Assembly: GCA_946626215.1 (NCBI GenBank)
Contig: CAMOUD010000001.1
Coordinates: 8,968 to 72,967, forward strand
Length of the DNA: 64,000 nucleotides
Direction: 5' to 3'
Source: an uncultured Lachnospiraceae bacterium
GTDB taxonomy: Bacteria > Bacillota > Clostridia > Lachnospirales > Lachnospiraceae
Part shown: piece by piece, positions 18,536 through 29,444 of the stretch
How the letters are laid out: every line of letters starts with the position of its first letter
Position numbering within the stretch: the first letter of the stretch is position 1
The notes under the pieces: model-generated
Told to the model about the DNA's origin: nothing
Database searches by the model: none
Seen by the model: the letters and a program-made list of their open reading frames with translations, nothing else
Program-made: the position numbers and the translations under genes

Positions 18536-19834
18536 ATGGGACTTCTTTTAGCAGCAGGCGCATCGGTCAGTTCGATTCTGGGCGATCAGTGGAAGGAATA
18601 TTTTTACTGTCCTGCCATGGACAATGACGTGCTGGTCCGCAAGGGACAGCCTCATCACGGCAAGTCCGGGATCCTGAACAGGGGCGGCAGCGACAACATC
18701 ATCACATCCGGTTCCACCATCGTGGTCAACGACGGCCAGTGCATGTGCATCGTGGACAACGGCGTGATCGTAGAGGTGGCGGCAGAGCCCGGCGCCTATA
18801 CCTATGACGCTTCCAAGTCCCCCAGCATCTTTGCCGGCGGCCTGGCGGCAGGCATCGTGGACTCCTTCAAGGAGGCCCTGGACCGGTTCGCCCACGGCGG
18901 CATCACTGCCAAGGATCAGAGGATCTATTATTTCAATATCAAGAACATCATGGGCAATAAGTACGGAACGGCGGCCCCGGTCCCCTACCGCGTAGTGGAT
19001 CCCAACGCCGGCATCGACATCGACATTGCCATCAAGTGCTTCGGCGAGTACAGCTACAGACTGGCCGATCCCATTCTTTTCTATAAGAACATCTGCGGCA
19101 ACATCCAGAAGGACTTCACCCGCGACAGGATCGAGTCCCAGCTGCGCAGCGAGCTCCTGACCGCCCTGCAGCCGGCCTTCGCCAGGATCTCCGAGATGGG
19201 CATCCGCTACAGCGCCCTGCCCGGCCACACCTCCGAGATGGCTGAAGCCCTCAACGCGGAGCTGGACGGCAAGTGGGGCAAGGTCTACGGCATCGAGATC
19301 GTGACCTTCGGCGTCAACAGCGTCAAGGCTTCGGAAGAAGACGAAAGGATGATCAAGGAGCTGCAGAGGACAGCGGCCTTCAAGAACCCCGGCATGGCAG
19401 GCGCCCAGATGGTCTCCTCCACGGCCCAGGCCATGCAGGACGCGGCCAAGAATCCCGGCGGCGCCATGATCGGCTTCGCGGGCATGGGCATGGCCCAGCA
19501 GGCCGGCGGCATCAACGCGGCGGATCTCTTCGCCATGGGCCAGGCCCAGTCGGCGCCTGCCATGAAGCCTGCCTCCGCGGCGGGATGGACCTGCCCTAAG
19601 TGCGGGACGGCCGGCAATACCGGCAAGTTCTGCGGCGAGTGCGGGACGGCCAGGCCCGCCGAGCCTGAGACCTGGACCTGCCCCAAGTGCGGCCAGACCG
19701 GCAACACCGGCAAGTTCTGCGGCGAGTGCGGCACTCCCAGACCGGCAGCGGACGCTGCCTGGACCTGCCCTGACTGCGGCCAGACCGGCAACACCGGCAA
19801 GTTCTGCAGCGGCTGCGGCAGACCCAGAGGATAA
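18536..19834 (+). CDS. SPFH-domain protein (YdjI/COG4260-like) with three C-terminal zinc ribbons
   Basis: 432 aa. N-terminal block typical of YdjI-type SPFH proteins. Gly/Ala/Met/Gln-rich linker. Then 3 x WTCP(K/D)CG-x-GNTGKFC-x-CG. Confidence 0.75.
   Translation: MGLLLAAGASVSSILGDQWKEYFYCPAMDNDVLVRKGQPHHGKSGILNRGGSDNIITSGSTIVVNDGQCMCIVDNGVIVEVAAEPGAYTYDASKSPSIFAGGLAAGIVDSFKEALDRFAHGGITAKDQRIYYFNIKNIMGNKYGTAAPVPYRVVDPNAGIDIDIAIKCFGEYSYRLADPILFYKNICGNIQKDFTRDRIESQLRSELLTALQPAFARISEMGIRYSALPGHTSEMAEALNAELDGKWGKVYGIEIVTFGVNSVKASEEDERMIKELQRTAAFKNPGMAGAQMVSSTAQAMQDAAKNPGGAMIGFAGMGMAQQAGGINAADLFAMGQAQSAPAMKPASAAGWTCPKCGTAGNTGKFCGECGTARPAEPETWTCPKCGQTGNTGKFCGECGTPRPAADAAWTCPDCGQTGNTGKFCSGCGRPRG
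19586..19831 (+). repeat. Three tandem 87-nt coding repeats (zinc-ribbon modules)
   Basis: Units start at 19586, 19673 and 19760, each with TGGACCTGCCC. A 30-nt run (GGCCAGACCGGCAACACCGGCAAGTTCTGC) is identical between units 2 and 3. Confidence 0.9.
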
Positions 19835-19900
19835 GACGCCGGCGGGATCCGCGCCGGCCTCCGGGCCGGAGAAACGGCATAAGAACTGAAAAGACCTTCC

Positions 19901-19933
19901 GGAGCGGGACCTGATGGCCCCGCTCCTCTTTTT
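19901..19933 (+). terminator. Rho-independent terminator
   Basis: GGAGCGGG/CCCGCTCC stem followed by TCTTTTT. Confidence 0.75.
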
Positions 19934-19948
19934 CGGGCAGGATTCTGT

Positions 19949-19976
19949 TTGCGCCCGCAGGGTTTCGTGGTATACT
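19949..19976 (+). promoter_or_regulatory. uvrBA promoter
   Basis: TTGCGC (19949-19954), 16-nt spacer, extended -10 TGGTATACT (TATACT at 19971-19976). Confidence 0.55.
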
Positions 19977-19988
19977 GTTAGGACCATT

Positions 19989-20002
19989 CGAATGCACGTT
20001 CA
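19989..20002 (+). promoter_or_regulatory. LexA (Cheo/SOS) box
   Basis: CGAATGCACGTTCA matches the Firmicute consensus CGAACRNRYGTTYC at 12 of 14 positions. It lies between the -10 and the uvrB RBS. Confidence 0.65.
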
Positions 20003-20014
20003 CAGGAGGTGTGT

Positions 20015-22009
20015 ATGAACCGCTTTGTTCTTCATTCAGACTACGCGCCCACAGGGGACCAGCCCCAGGCCATCCGGGACCTGGTGGAGGGCTTCCGGGA
20101 GGGCAACCAGTTCCAGACCCTTCTGGGCGTGACAGGCTCGGGCAAGACCTTTACCATGGCCAATGTCATCCAGGCCCTGAACAGGCCCACCCTGATCATT
20201 TCCCACAACAAGACCCTGGCCGGCCAGCTTTACGGTGAGATGAAGGAATTCTTTCCGGAGAACGCGGTGGAATACTTTGTCTCCTACTATGACTACTATC
20301 AGCCTGAGGCCTATGTGCCCCAGTCTGACACCTATATCGCCAAGGACTCGGCCATCAATGACGAGATCGACAAGCTCCGCCTGTCGGCCACGGCCTCCCT
20401 GGCAGAACGGAGGGACGTCATTGTGGTGGCCTCCGTCTCCTGCATCTACGGCCTGGGCAGCCCCGAGGAGTTCAAGGGCATGTCCATTTCCCTGCGGCCG
20501 GGCATGGAGCGGGACCGGGACGAGGTCATCCGGGACCTGATCGCCATTCAGTATGTCCGCAACGACATGGCCCCCGAAAGGTCCCAGTTCCGGGTCCGGG
20601 GCGATACCCTGGAGATCAGCCCCGCCAGCGGCAGCGATTTCCTGATCCGGGTCGAATGGTTCGGCGACGAGATCGACCGGATCTGCGAGGTGGACCCCCT
20701 GACGGGCCGTCTCCAGACCTCCCTGGAGCACGTCATGATCTTCCCCGCCTCCCACTATGTGGTCCCCCAGGAAAAGATCAGCCGGGCCTGCGACAACATC
20801 GAGGAGGAGCTCCGGGACAGGATCCGCTATTTCAAAGGCGAGGACAAGCTCCTGGAGGCCCAGAGGATCTCCGAGAGGACCAATTTCGACATCGAGATGA
20901 TGCGGGAGACGGGCTTCTGCTCCGGCATCGAGAACTATTCCCGCCACCTCAATTTCATGAAGCCCGGAGAGCCGCCCCTGACCCTCATGGACTTCTTTGA
21001 CGGGGAATACCTGATCATCATCGACGAGTCCCACATGACCATTCCCCAGATCGGGGCCATGTACCATGGGGACCGGTCCCGGAAGCAGACCCTGGTGGAC
21101 TACGGCTTCCGCCTGCCCTCGGCCCTGGACAACCGGCCCCTCTCCTTTGAGGAGTTCGAGGGCCATATCGACCAGATGCTCTTTGTCTCCGCGACCCCCG
21201 GCCCCTATGAGGAGGCCCATGAGCTCCTGAGGACCGAGCAGATCATCCGGCCCACAGGCCTTCTGGACCCCAAGGTGGACGTGCGGCCCGTGGAAGGCCA
21301 GGTGGACGACCTCATCGCCGAGATCCGCGGTACCACGGAAAAGGGGAACAAGGTCCTGGTCACGACCCTGACCAAGAAGATGGCGGAGGACCTGACGGAC
21401 TACCTGGCGGAGGCCGGGATCCGGGTCCGCTATCTCCACTCGGATATCGATACCCTGGAAAGGTCCGAGATCATCCGGGACATGCGGCTGGATGTCTTTG
21501 ACGTCCTGGTGGGCATCAACCTCCTCCGGGAGGGCCTGGACATACCCGAGATCGCCCTGGTGGCGATCCTGGACGCGGACAAGGAAGGGTTCCTGAGGTC
21601 CGAGACCTCTCTGGTCCAGACCATAGGACGGGCGGCCCGGAACGCGGACGGCCATGTCATCATGTATGCCGACAACATGACGGATTCCATGAAGAGGGCC
21701 ATCCGGGAGACGGAAAGAAGGCGGGCCATCCAGGACGCCTACAACAAGGAGCACGGGATCACGCCCAGGACCATCCGCAAGAAGGTCCGGGACCTGATCG
21801 CCATCTCCAGGGAGATCGCCCGGGAGGAGGTCCGCTTCGAGAAGGATCCCGAGTCCATGGACGCGGGAGAGCTCCGGGAGCTGATCCAGGACGTGGAAAA
21901 GAAGATGCGGCGGGCAGCGGCCGACCTCAATTTCGAGGCGGCGGCGGAGCTCCGGGACCGGATGGTGGAGCTCAAAAAGCACCTGCTGGATATAGAAGGA
22001 GGGAAGTAA
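20015..22009 (+). CDS. uvrB: Excinuclease ABC subunit B
   Basis: [12 protein letters not shown] Walker A, helicase motifs, C-terminal UVR domain ([13 protein letters not shown]). ATG at 20015, 5 nt after AGGAGG. Confidence 0.95.
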   Translation: MNRFVLHSDYAPTGDQPQAIRDLVEGFREGNQFQTLLGVTGSGKTFTMANVIQALNRPTLIISHNKTLAGQLYGEMKEFFPENAVEYFVSYYDYYQPEAYVPQSDTYIAKDSAINDEIDKLRLSATASLAERRDVIVVASVSCIYGLGSPEEFKGMSISLRPGMERDRDEVIRDLIAIQYVRNDMAPERSQFRVRGDTLEISPASGSDFLIRVEWFGDEIDRICEVDPLTGRLQTSLEHVMIFPASHYVVPQEKISRACDNIEEELRDRIRYFKGEDKLLEAQRISERTNFDIEMMRETGFCSGIENYSRHLNFMKPGEPPLTLMDFFDGEYLIIIDESHMTIPQIGAMYHGDRSRKQTLVDYGFRLPSALDNRPLSFEEFEGHIDQMLFVSATPGPYEEAHELLRTEQIIRPTGLLDPKVDVRPVEGQVDDLIAEIRGTTEKGNKVLVTTLTKKMAEDLTDYLAEAGIRVRYLHSDIDTLERSEIIRDMRLDVFDVLVGINLLREGLDIPEIALVAILDADKEGFLRSETSLVQTIGRAARNADGHVIMYADNMTDSMKRAIRETERRRAIQDAYNKEHGITPRTIRKKVRDLIAISREIAREEVRFEKDPESMDAGELRELIQDVEKKMRRAAADLNFEAAAELRDRMVELKKHLLDIEGGK

Positions 22010-22054
22010 GGCCCCGGGGCCCGGCTTCTCCCGCAGACAGATACAGAGGAAAAG

Positions 22055-25006
22055 ATGGCAGTAAAAATGAGAAAGCCGGACTACTGGCCGGCACTGGAAG
22101 AAAGTGAAAAGGCGGCCCGCAGGTCCCATGAGGCGGACGAGCTGCGCCGCAAGCTGATCAGCAGCGAGGACTGCATCCGGATCAAGGGGGCCAGGGAGCA
22201 TAACCTCCAGAACATCGACCTGCGGATCCCCCGCAACGAGCTGGTGGTCCTGACCGGCCTGTCCGGCAGCGGCAAGTCCTCCCTGGCCTTTGATACCATA
22301 TACGCCGAGGGCCAGCGCCGCTACATGGAATCCCTGTCCTCCTATGCCCGCCAGTTCCTGGGCCAGATGGAAAAGCCGGACGTGGAAAGGATCGACGGGC
22401 TCTCGCCCGCCATTTCCATTGACCAGAAGTCCACCAACCGCAACCCCAGGTCCACCGTCGGCACCGTGACGGAGATCTATGACTATTTCCGCCTCCTCTA
22501 CGCCAGGATCGGCGTTCCCCATTGCCCGAACTGCGGCAGGGAGATCTCCCGGCAGACCGTCGACCAGATGGTGGACCAGGTCATGGCCCTGCCCGAGGGG
22601 ACCAGGATCCAGATCCTTTCCCCGGTGGTCCGGGGCCGCAAGGGCGAACACGCCAAGGTCATCGACCGGGCCAGACGGGCCGGCTATGTCCGCCTGCGCA
22701 TCGACGGCAGCCAGTATGACATCTCGGAGGAGATCCGTCTGGACAAGAACGTCAAGCACAACATCGAGATCGTGATCGACCGCCTGGTGGTCAAGGCCGG
22801 CATAGAGAGGCGCCTGACGGATTCCGTGGAGAGCGCCCTGGCCCTGGCGGACGGCCTCCTTCTGGTGGACGTGATCGGAGGAGAGACCCGCCAGTTCAGC
22901 CAGAACTTTGCCTGCCCCGACTGCGGGGCCTCCATTCCCGAGATCGAGCCCCGGAGCTTTTCCTTCAACAATCCCTTCGGCGCCTGTCCCGACTGCGCCG
23001 GCCTGGGATACCGGATGGAATTCGATCCCGCCCTGATCGTGCCCCGGCCGGAGATGTCCATCAACGAGGGGGCCATCGCGGTCCTGGGCTGGCAGTCCTG
23101 CATGAAGGAGGGGAGCTTTGCCAACGCCCTGCTCCTGGCCCTGGCGGACAGGTTCTCCTTCAGCCTGGACACGCCCTGGAAGGACCTGCCGGACAAGGTC
23201 AGAGAGGTGCTCATGTACGGAACGGATGTGTCCGTGGATGTCCACTATAAGAGCCAGAGAGGCGAAGGGACCTATCCCAAGGTCTTCGAGGGCCTGATCC
23301 GCAATACGGAGCAGCGCTACCGGGAGACCGGGTCCGAGTACAGCAAGGCGGAGTATGAGCAGTTCATGCGGATCACCCCCTGCAAGACCTGCGGCGGCAA
23401 GAGGCTGCGGCGGGAGTCCCTGGCGGTCACGGTGGGAGGAAAGGACATCTATGACCTGACCTGCCTGTCCGTGGGAAGCCTGTCCGCCTTCATGGACGGC
23501 CTGGCCCTGACTCCCATGCAGGAGATGATCGGCCGGCAGATCCTCAAGGAGATCCGGGCCAGGATCTCCTTCCTGGTGGACGTGGGCCTGGACTACCTGA
23601 CCCTGGCCAGGGCCACCGCGACCCTGTCCGGCGGCGAGGCCCAGCGGATCCGCCTGGCCACCCAGATCGGGTCCGGCCTGGTGGGCGTCTGCTATATCCT
23701 GGATGAGCCCAGCATCGGCCTTCACCAGAGGGACAACGACAAGCTCCTCAGGACCCTGAAGAACCTCCGGGACCTCTGGAATACGGTCATCGTGGTGGAG
23801 CACGACGAGGATACCATGCGGGCCGCTGACTATATCGTGGATATCGGGCCCGGGGCCGGCTCCGGCGGCGGCCGGGTGGTGGCGGCCGGGACGGCCGAGG
23901 AGATCATGCAGGTCCCCGAGTCCGTCACGGGCCAGTACCTGTCCGGAAAGAAGTTCATTCCCGTGCCCCCGGAAAGGAGAAAGCCCGCCGGCTGGCTCAA
24001 GGTCAGGGGGGCCAGGGTCAACAACCTTAAGAACATCGATGTGTCCTTCCCCCTGGGAGTCATGACGGCCGTGACCGGGGTCTCCGGCTCGGGCAAGAGC
24101 TCCCTGGTCAATGAGATCCTGAACAAGCGCCTGTCCCATGACCTCAACCGGTCCCTGGTGATCCCGGGCCCCCATGACGCCGTCGAGGGCATGGACCAGC
24201 TGGACAAGGTCATCGATATCGACCAGTCCCCCATCGGCAGGACGCCCCGGTCCAATCCGGCCACCTATACGGGCGTCTTTGACATGATCCGGGACCTCTT
24301 CGCCTCGACGCCCGACGCCAGGGCAAGAGGCTACGGCAAGGGCCGGTTCTCCTTCAACGTCAAGGGAGGCCGCTGCGAAGCCTGCCGGGGCGACGGCATC
24401 ATCAAGATCGAGATGCACTTCCTGCCGGATGTCTATGTGCCCTGCGAGGTCTGCCACGGAAAGCGCTACAACCGGGAGACCCTGGAGGTCCGCTACAAGG
24501 ACAAGAATATCTATGACGTCCTGAACATGACGGTGGAGGAGGCGGTGGACTTCTTTAAGAACGTGCCCTCCATCGACAGGAAGATCCGGACCCTCTACGA
24601 CGTGGGCCTGGGCTATGTCCGGCTGGGCCAGCCCTCCACGGAGCTGTCCGGCGGCGAGGCCCAGAGGATCAAGCTGGCCTCCGAGCTGTCCCGCCGCAGC
24701 ACCGGACGGACCATCTACATCCTGGACGAGCCCACCACGGGCCTCCACTTCGACGACGTGGCCAGGCTGAACCGGATCCTCCACCAGCTGGTGGAAGGCG
24801 GCAATACGGTGGTGGTCATCGAGCACAACCTGGACGTGATCAAGACGGCCGACTATATCATCGACATGGGTCCCGAAGGGGGCGAAGGGGGCGGCACGGT
24901 GGTCGCCTGCGGGACGCCCGAGGAGATCGCCCGGGACCACAGCTCCTATACCGGCTACTATATCCACAAGATGCTGGAAAAGGACCGGGAAAGGCAGCAA
25001 GCCTGA
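22055..25006 (+). CDS. uvrA: Excinuclease ABC subunit A
   Basis: [14 protein letters not shown], two ABC modules ([18 protein letters not shown]), zinc modules CPxC/CxxC. About 35 aa lie N-terminal to the conserved start block, so the start is uncertain. Confidence 0.93.
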   Translation: MAVKMRKPDYWPALEESEKAARRSHEADELRRKLISSEDCIRIKGAREHNLQNIDLRIPRNELVVLTGLSGSGKSSLAFDTIYAEGQRRYMESLSSYARQFLGQMEKPDVERIDGLSPAISIDQKSTNRNPRSTVGTVTEIYDYFRLLYARIGVPHCPNCGREISRQTVDQMVDQVMALPEGTRIQILSPVVRGRKGEHAKVIDRARRAGYVRLRIDGSQYDISEEIRLDKNVKHNIEIVIDRLVVKAGIERRLTDSVESALALADGLLLVDVIGGETRQFSQNFACPDCGASIPEIEPRSFSFNNPFGACPDCAGLGYRMEFDPALIVPRPEMSINEGAIAVLGWQSCMKEGSFANALLLALADRFSFSLDTPWKDLPDKVREVLMYGTDVSVDVHYKSQRGEGTYPKVFEGLIRNTEQRYRETGSEYSKAEYEQFMRITPCKTCGGKRLRRESLAVTVGGKDIYDLTCLSVGSLSAFMDGLALTPMQEMIGRQILKEIRARISFLVDVGLDYLTLARATATLSGGEAQRIRLATQIGSGLVGVCYILDEPSIGLHQRDNDKLLRTLKNLRDLWNTVIVVEHDEDTMRAADYIVDIGPGAGSGGGRVVAAGTAEEIMQVPESVTGQYLSGKKFIPVPPERRKPAGWLKVRGARVNNLKNIDVSFPLGVMTAVTGVSGSGKSSLVNEILNKRLSHDLNRSLVIPGPHDAVEGMDQLDKVIDIDQSPIGRTPRSNPATYTGVFDMIRDLFASTPDARARGYGKGRFSFNVKGGRCEACRGDGIIKIEMHFLPDVYVPCEVCHGKRYNRETLEVRYKDKNIYDVLNMTVEEAVDFFKNVPSIDRKIRTLYDVGLGYVRLGQPSTELSGGEAQRIKLASELSRRSTGRTIYILDEPTTGLHFDDVARLNRILHQLVEGGNTVVVIEHNLDVIKTADYIIDMGPEGGEGGGTVVACGTPEEIARDHSSYTGYYIHKMLEKDRERQQA

Positions 25007-25034
25007 GGCAGCCCTGCCCCGGGCCGGAGGAAGC

Positions 25035-27278
25035 ATGGAAGAAATCAGGGGCCTGGTGGCCCGCATCATTTACAGGAACGAGGACAATATCTATACGGTC
25101 TTTGAGCTGGAGACAGAGGAAGGGACCCTGACCTGCACGGGCTATCCGCCCGCTGTCCGGGAGGGAGAGAGCTGCGCCCTGGAGGGAGACTACGTGTCCC
25201 ACCCCCTTTACGGGGACCAGTTCCGGGTCCAGTCCTATACCCCCCTGCCTCCGGAGAATACCCAGGCTCTTCTGCGCTACCTGTCCTCCGGGGCCGTCAA
25301 GGGGATCGGCCAGGCCCTGGCGGCCAGGATCATCCGGAAATTCGGAGAGGATTCCATGCGGATCCTGGACGAGGAGCCGGAGCGCCTGGCCGAGGTAAAG
25401 GGGATCAGCGCCCGGGGGGCCCGGGAGATCGCGGCCGCTCTGGAGGGCCAGAAGGACTTCCGGGACGCCATGATCTTCCTGCAGAAATACGGGATCGGCG
25501 GCCGCCAGGCCGTGAAAATCTGGGAGACCTACGGGATGCGGCTCTATACGGTCCTGAAGGAGAATCCCTACCAGCTGGCGGATGAGATCCGGGGCATAGG
25601 CTTTGCCACCGCGGACGCCATCGCGGCCAGGGCCGGCATCCGGGCGGATTCCGATTTCCGGATCCGGTCGGGCCTTGTCTATGTCCTGGGCCAGGCCCTG
25701 GGAGAAGGCCACTGCTGCCTGCCCGTGCCCGTCCTGACCGGCAGGACCGCCTCTCTTCTGGAGCTGCCCGCGGAGACGGTGGAGATCCAGATGCGGAACC
25801 TGGCGGTGGACCGCCGGCTCCAGATCCGGATGAAGGAGGGAGAGGCCTTTGCCAGCGACGCCTCCGTCTTCCGGACGGAGCAGCAGACGGCCCGCATGCT
25901 CCTGGAGCTGTCCGGCAGGGCCGAGACAGGAGGCCGGGACCGGGTGGAGAAAAAGATCCGGGACCTGGAGGACCGGGAGGGCATCCGGCTGGACGACCTG
26001 CAGCGCAGGGCCGTGGAGACGGCCGTCTCCCATACCGTCTTTATCCTGACCGGCGGGCCGGGGACGGGCAAGACCACCACCATCCGGACCATCATTTCCT
26101 ATCTGGAGGCAGAGGACCAGGAGGTCCTTCTGGCCGCCCCCACCGGCCGGGCCGCCAAAAGAATGACCGAGGCGACGGGCCGGGAGGCCATGACCATCCA
26201 CAGGCTCCTGGGCGTCCGGGCCAGGCCGGAGGAAGAGACCGGAGACCGGATGCTGACAGACTTTGACAGGGACGGGGACAATCCCCTGGAGGCGGACGCG
26301 GTCATCGTGGATGAGATGTCCATGGTGGACGTCTTTCTTTTCCACTCCCTCCTGAAGGCGGTCATGCCCGGGACCAGGCTGATCCTGGTGGGGGATGAAG
26401 ACCAGCTTCCCAGCGTGGGGCCCGGCTGCGTGCTCCGGGACCTGACCCGGTCCGGCGTCTTTCCGGCCCTCCGGCTGGAGAAGATCTTCCGCCAGGCGGC
26501 GAAGAGCGATATCATCCTGAACGCCCACCGGATCCTCAGAGGGGAGACGCCGGTCCTGGACAACCAGAGCCGGGACTTTTTCTTTCTGGAGAGGCGGGAC
26601 GTCCAGGTCATCTACAAGCACATGGTGGACCTGATGCGGGACAAGCTCCCCGGCTATGTCGGCTGCCGGCCCCTGGAGATCCAGGTCCTGACGCCCATGC
26701 GGAAGGGGGCCCTGGGGGTGGAGACCCTTAACGGGGTCCTTCAGTCCGTCCTCAACCCGCCGGCCCGGGGAAAGCGGGAATACAAAAGGCAGGACACCGT
26801 CTTCCGGGAGGGAGACAAGGTCATGCAGACCCGGAACAACTACCAGGCGGAGTGGGAGATCCGGGGGAACTTCGGCATCCCCATCGAGAAGGGGACCGGG
26901 ATCTTCAACGGGGACTGCGGCGTCGTGGAGGAGATCGACGAGCAGGCAGGGACCATGCAGGTCCTGTTCGATGAGGAAAAGACGGTGGTCTTCCCCCTGA
27001 CGGACCTGGACGACCTGGACCTGGCCTACGCCGTGACCGTCCACAAGTCCCAGGGCTCGGAGTATCCGGCCGTCCTCCTTCCCCTGCTTTCCGGGCCCCA
27101 GGGCCTCATGAACCGGAACCTGCTCTATACGGCCGTGACCAGGGCCCGGTCCCTGGTGGTCATCCTGGGCAGCCGGGAGGCCGTCGCGGCCATGACGGCC
27201 AATGTGCAGCAGTATGTGCGCTATACAGGACTGGAGGACAGGATTCGTGAGCTTGTCATCGTGGAAAGCACGGATTGA
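25035..27278 (+). CDS. recD2: RecD2-type ATP-dependent DNA helicase
   Basis: 747 aa. Walker A GGPGTGKTT, VDEMSMV, C-terminal YAVTVHKSQGSE. Confidence 0.85.
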   Translation: MEEIRGLVARIIYRNEDNIYTVFELETEEGTLTCTGYPPAVREGESCALEGDYVSHPLYGDQFRVQSYTPLPPENTQALLRYLSSGAVKGIGQALAARIIRKFGEDSMRILDEEPERLAEVKGISARGAREIAAALEGQKDFRDAMIFLQKYGIGGRQAVKIWETYGMRLYTVLKENPYQLADEIRGIGFATADAIAARAGIRADSDFRIRSGLVYVLGQALGEGHCCLPVPVLTGRTASLLELPAETVEIQMRNLAVDRRLQIRMKEGEAFASDASVFRTEQQTARMLLELSGRAETGGRDRVEKKIRDLEDREGIRLDDLQRRAVETAVSHTVFILTGGPGTGKTTTIRTIISYLEAEDQEVLLAAPTGRAAKRMTEATGREAMTIHRLLGVRARPEEETGDRMLTDFDRDGDNPLEADAVIVDEMSMVDVFLFHSLLKAVMPGTRLILVGDEDQLPSVGPGCVLRDLTRSGVFPALRLEKIFRQAAKSDIILNAHRILRGETPVLDNQSRDFFFLERRDVQVIYKHMVDLMRDKLPGYVGCRPLEIQVLTPMRKGALGVETLNGVLQSVLNPPARGKREYKRQDTVFREGDKVMQTRNNYQAEWEIRGNFGIPIEKGTGIFNGDCGVVEEIDEQAGTMQVLFDEEKTVVFPLTDLDDLDLAYAVTVHKSQGSEYPAVLLPLLSGPQGLMNRNLLYTAVTRARSLVVILGSREAVAAMTANVQQYVRYTGLEDRIRELVIVESTD

Positions 27279-27978
27279 AGACCTTTTGTATCCCAGAAGA
27301 TGCCCGGTCTGCGACAGACCGGTCCGGCCCTTCGGGGCCCTGGTATGCCGGGACTGCGAGGCCGTTCCGGAGAAGATCACCGGCCATACCTGCGCCCGCT
27401 GCGGCCGCCCTGTCGGCGCGCGCGGGGAATACTGTCCGGACTGCGGCAGGATCCCCCACGCCTATGACAGGGGCGGGGCGGTCTTTTCCTACCGGTCCGT
27501 ATCCGCCGGCCTCTACCGGTTCAAATACGGAGGGAGGCAGGAGTACGCCGACTGGTACGGGCACCTCATGGCCCTCCGCCTCCGTGACCTGGTCCGGGCG
27601 GGGGCCCTGCCCAGGCCGGACTTCCTGGTGCCCGTCCCCCTCTCCTCCCGCAGGCTGAAAAAAAGGGGCTACAACCAGGCCCTTCTCCTGGCCCGGGCCA
27701 TGTCCCGGGAGACCGGAATTCCGCTGAAAACCGACGTTCTTGCCCGTGTCCGGGACACGCTTCCCATGAAGGATATGCCCCTTCCAGACCGCCAGAAAAA
27801 TTTGGAAAGGGCTTTTATTGTCCCTGGAAATGATGTAAGATTAAAGTCGATTATGCTTATAGATGATATCTATACGATGGGAACGACTGTGGATGCCTGT
27901 GCCGAAGTGCTGAGAAAAGCAGGGGCACAGACAGTTTGTTTTATGGCCCTTGCCATTGGAGAAAGCCGCTTATGCTGA
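27202..27978 (+). CDS. comFC: ComF family protein (ComFC; phosphoribosyltransferase fold)
   Basis: N-terminal zinc-finger-like CPVCD...CRDC...CARCG...CPDC. PRT motif IMLIDDIYTMGTT. Start is uncertain (ATG 27202/27214 or GTG 27247; all overlap the recD2 end). Confidence 0.8.
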   Translation: MCSSMCAIQDWRTGFVSLSSWKARIEDLLYPRRCPVCDRPVRPFGALVCRDCEAVPEKITGHTCARCGRPVGARGEYCPDCGRIPHAYDRGGAVFSYRSVSAGLYRFKYGGRQEYADWYGHLMALRLRDLVRAGALPRPDFLVPVPLSSRRLKKRGYNQALLLARAMSRETGIPLKTDVLARVRDTLPMKDMPLPDRQKNLERAFIVPGNDVRLKSIMLIDDIYTMGTTVDACAEVLRKAGAQTVCFMALAIGESRLC

Positions 27979-28367
27979 ATACCAGACAGTTGAAAAAGAT
28001 CGGCACCATGACGCGGATCGCCGTTTATGAAGAGGAACAGGGCATCCGGGACCGGGAGACCGACCGCTATTTCCAGACGGACTACATCTTCAGCCATATG
28101 TTCGGGTCCTTCATAACCTATACGGCCGCCTGTATCCTGATCGCCGTCATGGCCGCCGGCTATGATTTTGAGAACCTTCTGACCAGGCTCTATTCCGACA
28201 ACCTGCCGGAGCTGATCGGGACCATGCTCCGCTGCTACATCATGTGGCTGATCCCCTACCTGCTGATCACCTTTGTGGTCTATCTGGTCCGCTTCCAGAA
28301 GAGCCAGGAGAGCCTGCAGAAATACAGGAGGCTTCTGGGCGAGCTTTCAACCTATAACGAAGACTGA
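27972..28367 (+). CDS. Hypothetical membrane protein (131 aa, 2 TM helices)
   Basis: ATG at 27972 overlaps the comFC stop (ATGCTGA). Two hydrophobic helices (FITYTAACILIAVMAA, IMWLIPYLLITFVVYLV). No motif I recognise. Confidence 0.5.
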   Translation: MLNTRQLKKIGTMTRIAVYEEEQGIRDRETDRYFQTDYIFSHMFGSFITYTAACILIAVMAAGYDFENLLTRLYSDNLPELIGTMLRCYIMWLIPYLLITFVVYLVRFQKSQESLQKYRRLLGELSTYNED

Positions 28368-28420
28368 GACGTCACCGGAAACGGTCAGCGCCCTCCGGCG
28401 CCGGCCGGGAAAGAGGAAGA

Positions 28421-29431
28421 ATGAATACTGCATCCCTATATGAACTGAGAGGAAAGATCATCAAGGCGGTCATACAATATGAATACATCCTGAAGCCGGC
28501 CGCCAGGTTCCTGCTTGCCTTCGCGCTCCTGGTCCTGATCCGTTCGGACATCGGCTTCAACGCCATGCTGAGCAGCAATCTCCTGATGGTGATCATCGCA
28601 CTGGTATGCGCCCTTCTGCCGATCAACTTCATCGCGGCGGTCCTGGGCCTTGTCTGCCTGGGACAGCTCTATTCGCTGTCGCTGGAAGCCATGGGAGCCG
28701 GCCTGGTCCTGATGCTCCTGATCTTCCTCCTGTATTTCCGCTTCTCCCCCCGCGACACCCTGATCATGCTCCTGATGCCCCTGGCCTTCCGGCTCAACCT
28801 GCACTACGCCCTGCCCGTGGCGGGCGGCCTTCTGTGCACGCCCGGCGCCGCGGCCCCGGCCGCCATCGGGATCATCCTGATCGGCTTTATCGAGACCATT
28901 TCCGCCAACGCCAGCGTGCTCTCCGGCGGAGAGATCGGGGCGGAGACCCTGACCAATCTCCGGGTCATCATTGACCGGCTCATGCACAACCGGGGCATGT
29001 GGATCCTGGCAGGCGCCTTTGCCCTGACCGTGGTCCTGGTCTATGTGATCCGAAGGCTCCCCATCTCCTATGCCTGGACGGCAGCCATGATCGCCGGCAG
29101 CGCGGCCGAGCTGATCATCCTCCTGGCCGGAGATATGGCGGCGGATACGGGCCTTTCCATCGGCATGGTCTTTCTGGGCGTCCTTCTGTCCTTCGCGGTG
29201 GAATTCTGCATCCAGTTCATGATGTTCAACGTGAACTATACCAAGACGGAGTCCGTTCAGTTCGAGGACGATGAATACTATTACTATGTCAGAGCCGTGC
29301 CCAAGGTCAAGGTGCCCGAAGTCACCGGCACCATCAAACGGTTCAGCGCCTCCTCCGGAGAGCAGTTCCTCAAGGAGCAGTTCGCCAGACACTTTCCCCC
29401 CAAGGGAGACAAGGAAGCACCCGGGAAGTAA
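28421..29431 (+). CDS. Hypothetical polytopic membrane protein (336 aa, about 8 TM helices)
   Basis: RBS GAGGAAG. Long hydrophobic stretches. Cytoplasmic tail with FEDDEYYYYVRAV. No motif I recognise. Confidence 0.55.
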   Translation: MNTASLYELRGKIIKAVIQYEYILKPAARFLLAFALLVLIRSDIGFNAMLSSNLLMVIIALVCALLPINFIAAVLGLVCLGQLYSLSLEAMGAGLVLMLLIFLLYFRFSPRDTLIMLLMPLAFRLNLHYALPVAGGLLCTPGAAAPAAIGIILIGFIETISANASVLSGGEIGAETLTNLRVIIDRLMHNRGMWILAGAFALTVVLVYVIRRLPISYAWTAAMIAGSAAELIILLAGDMAADTGLSIGMVFLGVLLSFAVEFCIQFMMFNVNYTKTESVQFEDDEYYYYVRAVPKVKVPEVTGTIKRFSASSGEQFLKEQFARHFPPKGDKEAPGK

Positions 29432-29444
29432 CGGGGTGCGTTAA

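Noticed and set aside
20036-25069. Very long antisense ORFs: 1677 aa opposite uvrB/uvrA. Similar ones lie at 3510-6272, 24858-27380, 30178-32784, 32859-35828, 40714-43053 and 60775-63084.
   Set aside because: Each lies exactly opposite a gene with unmistakable family motifs. Their translations are low-complexity Gly/Pro/Arg/Asp/His/Leu strings with no motifs or RBS-linked starts. Stop-free shadow frames of this kind are expected in GC-rich coding DNA.
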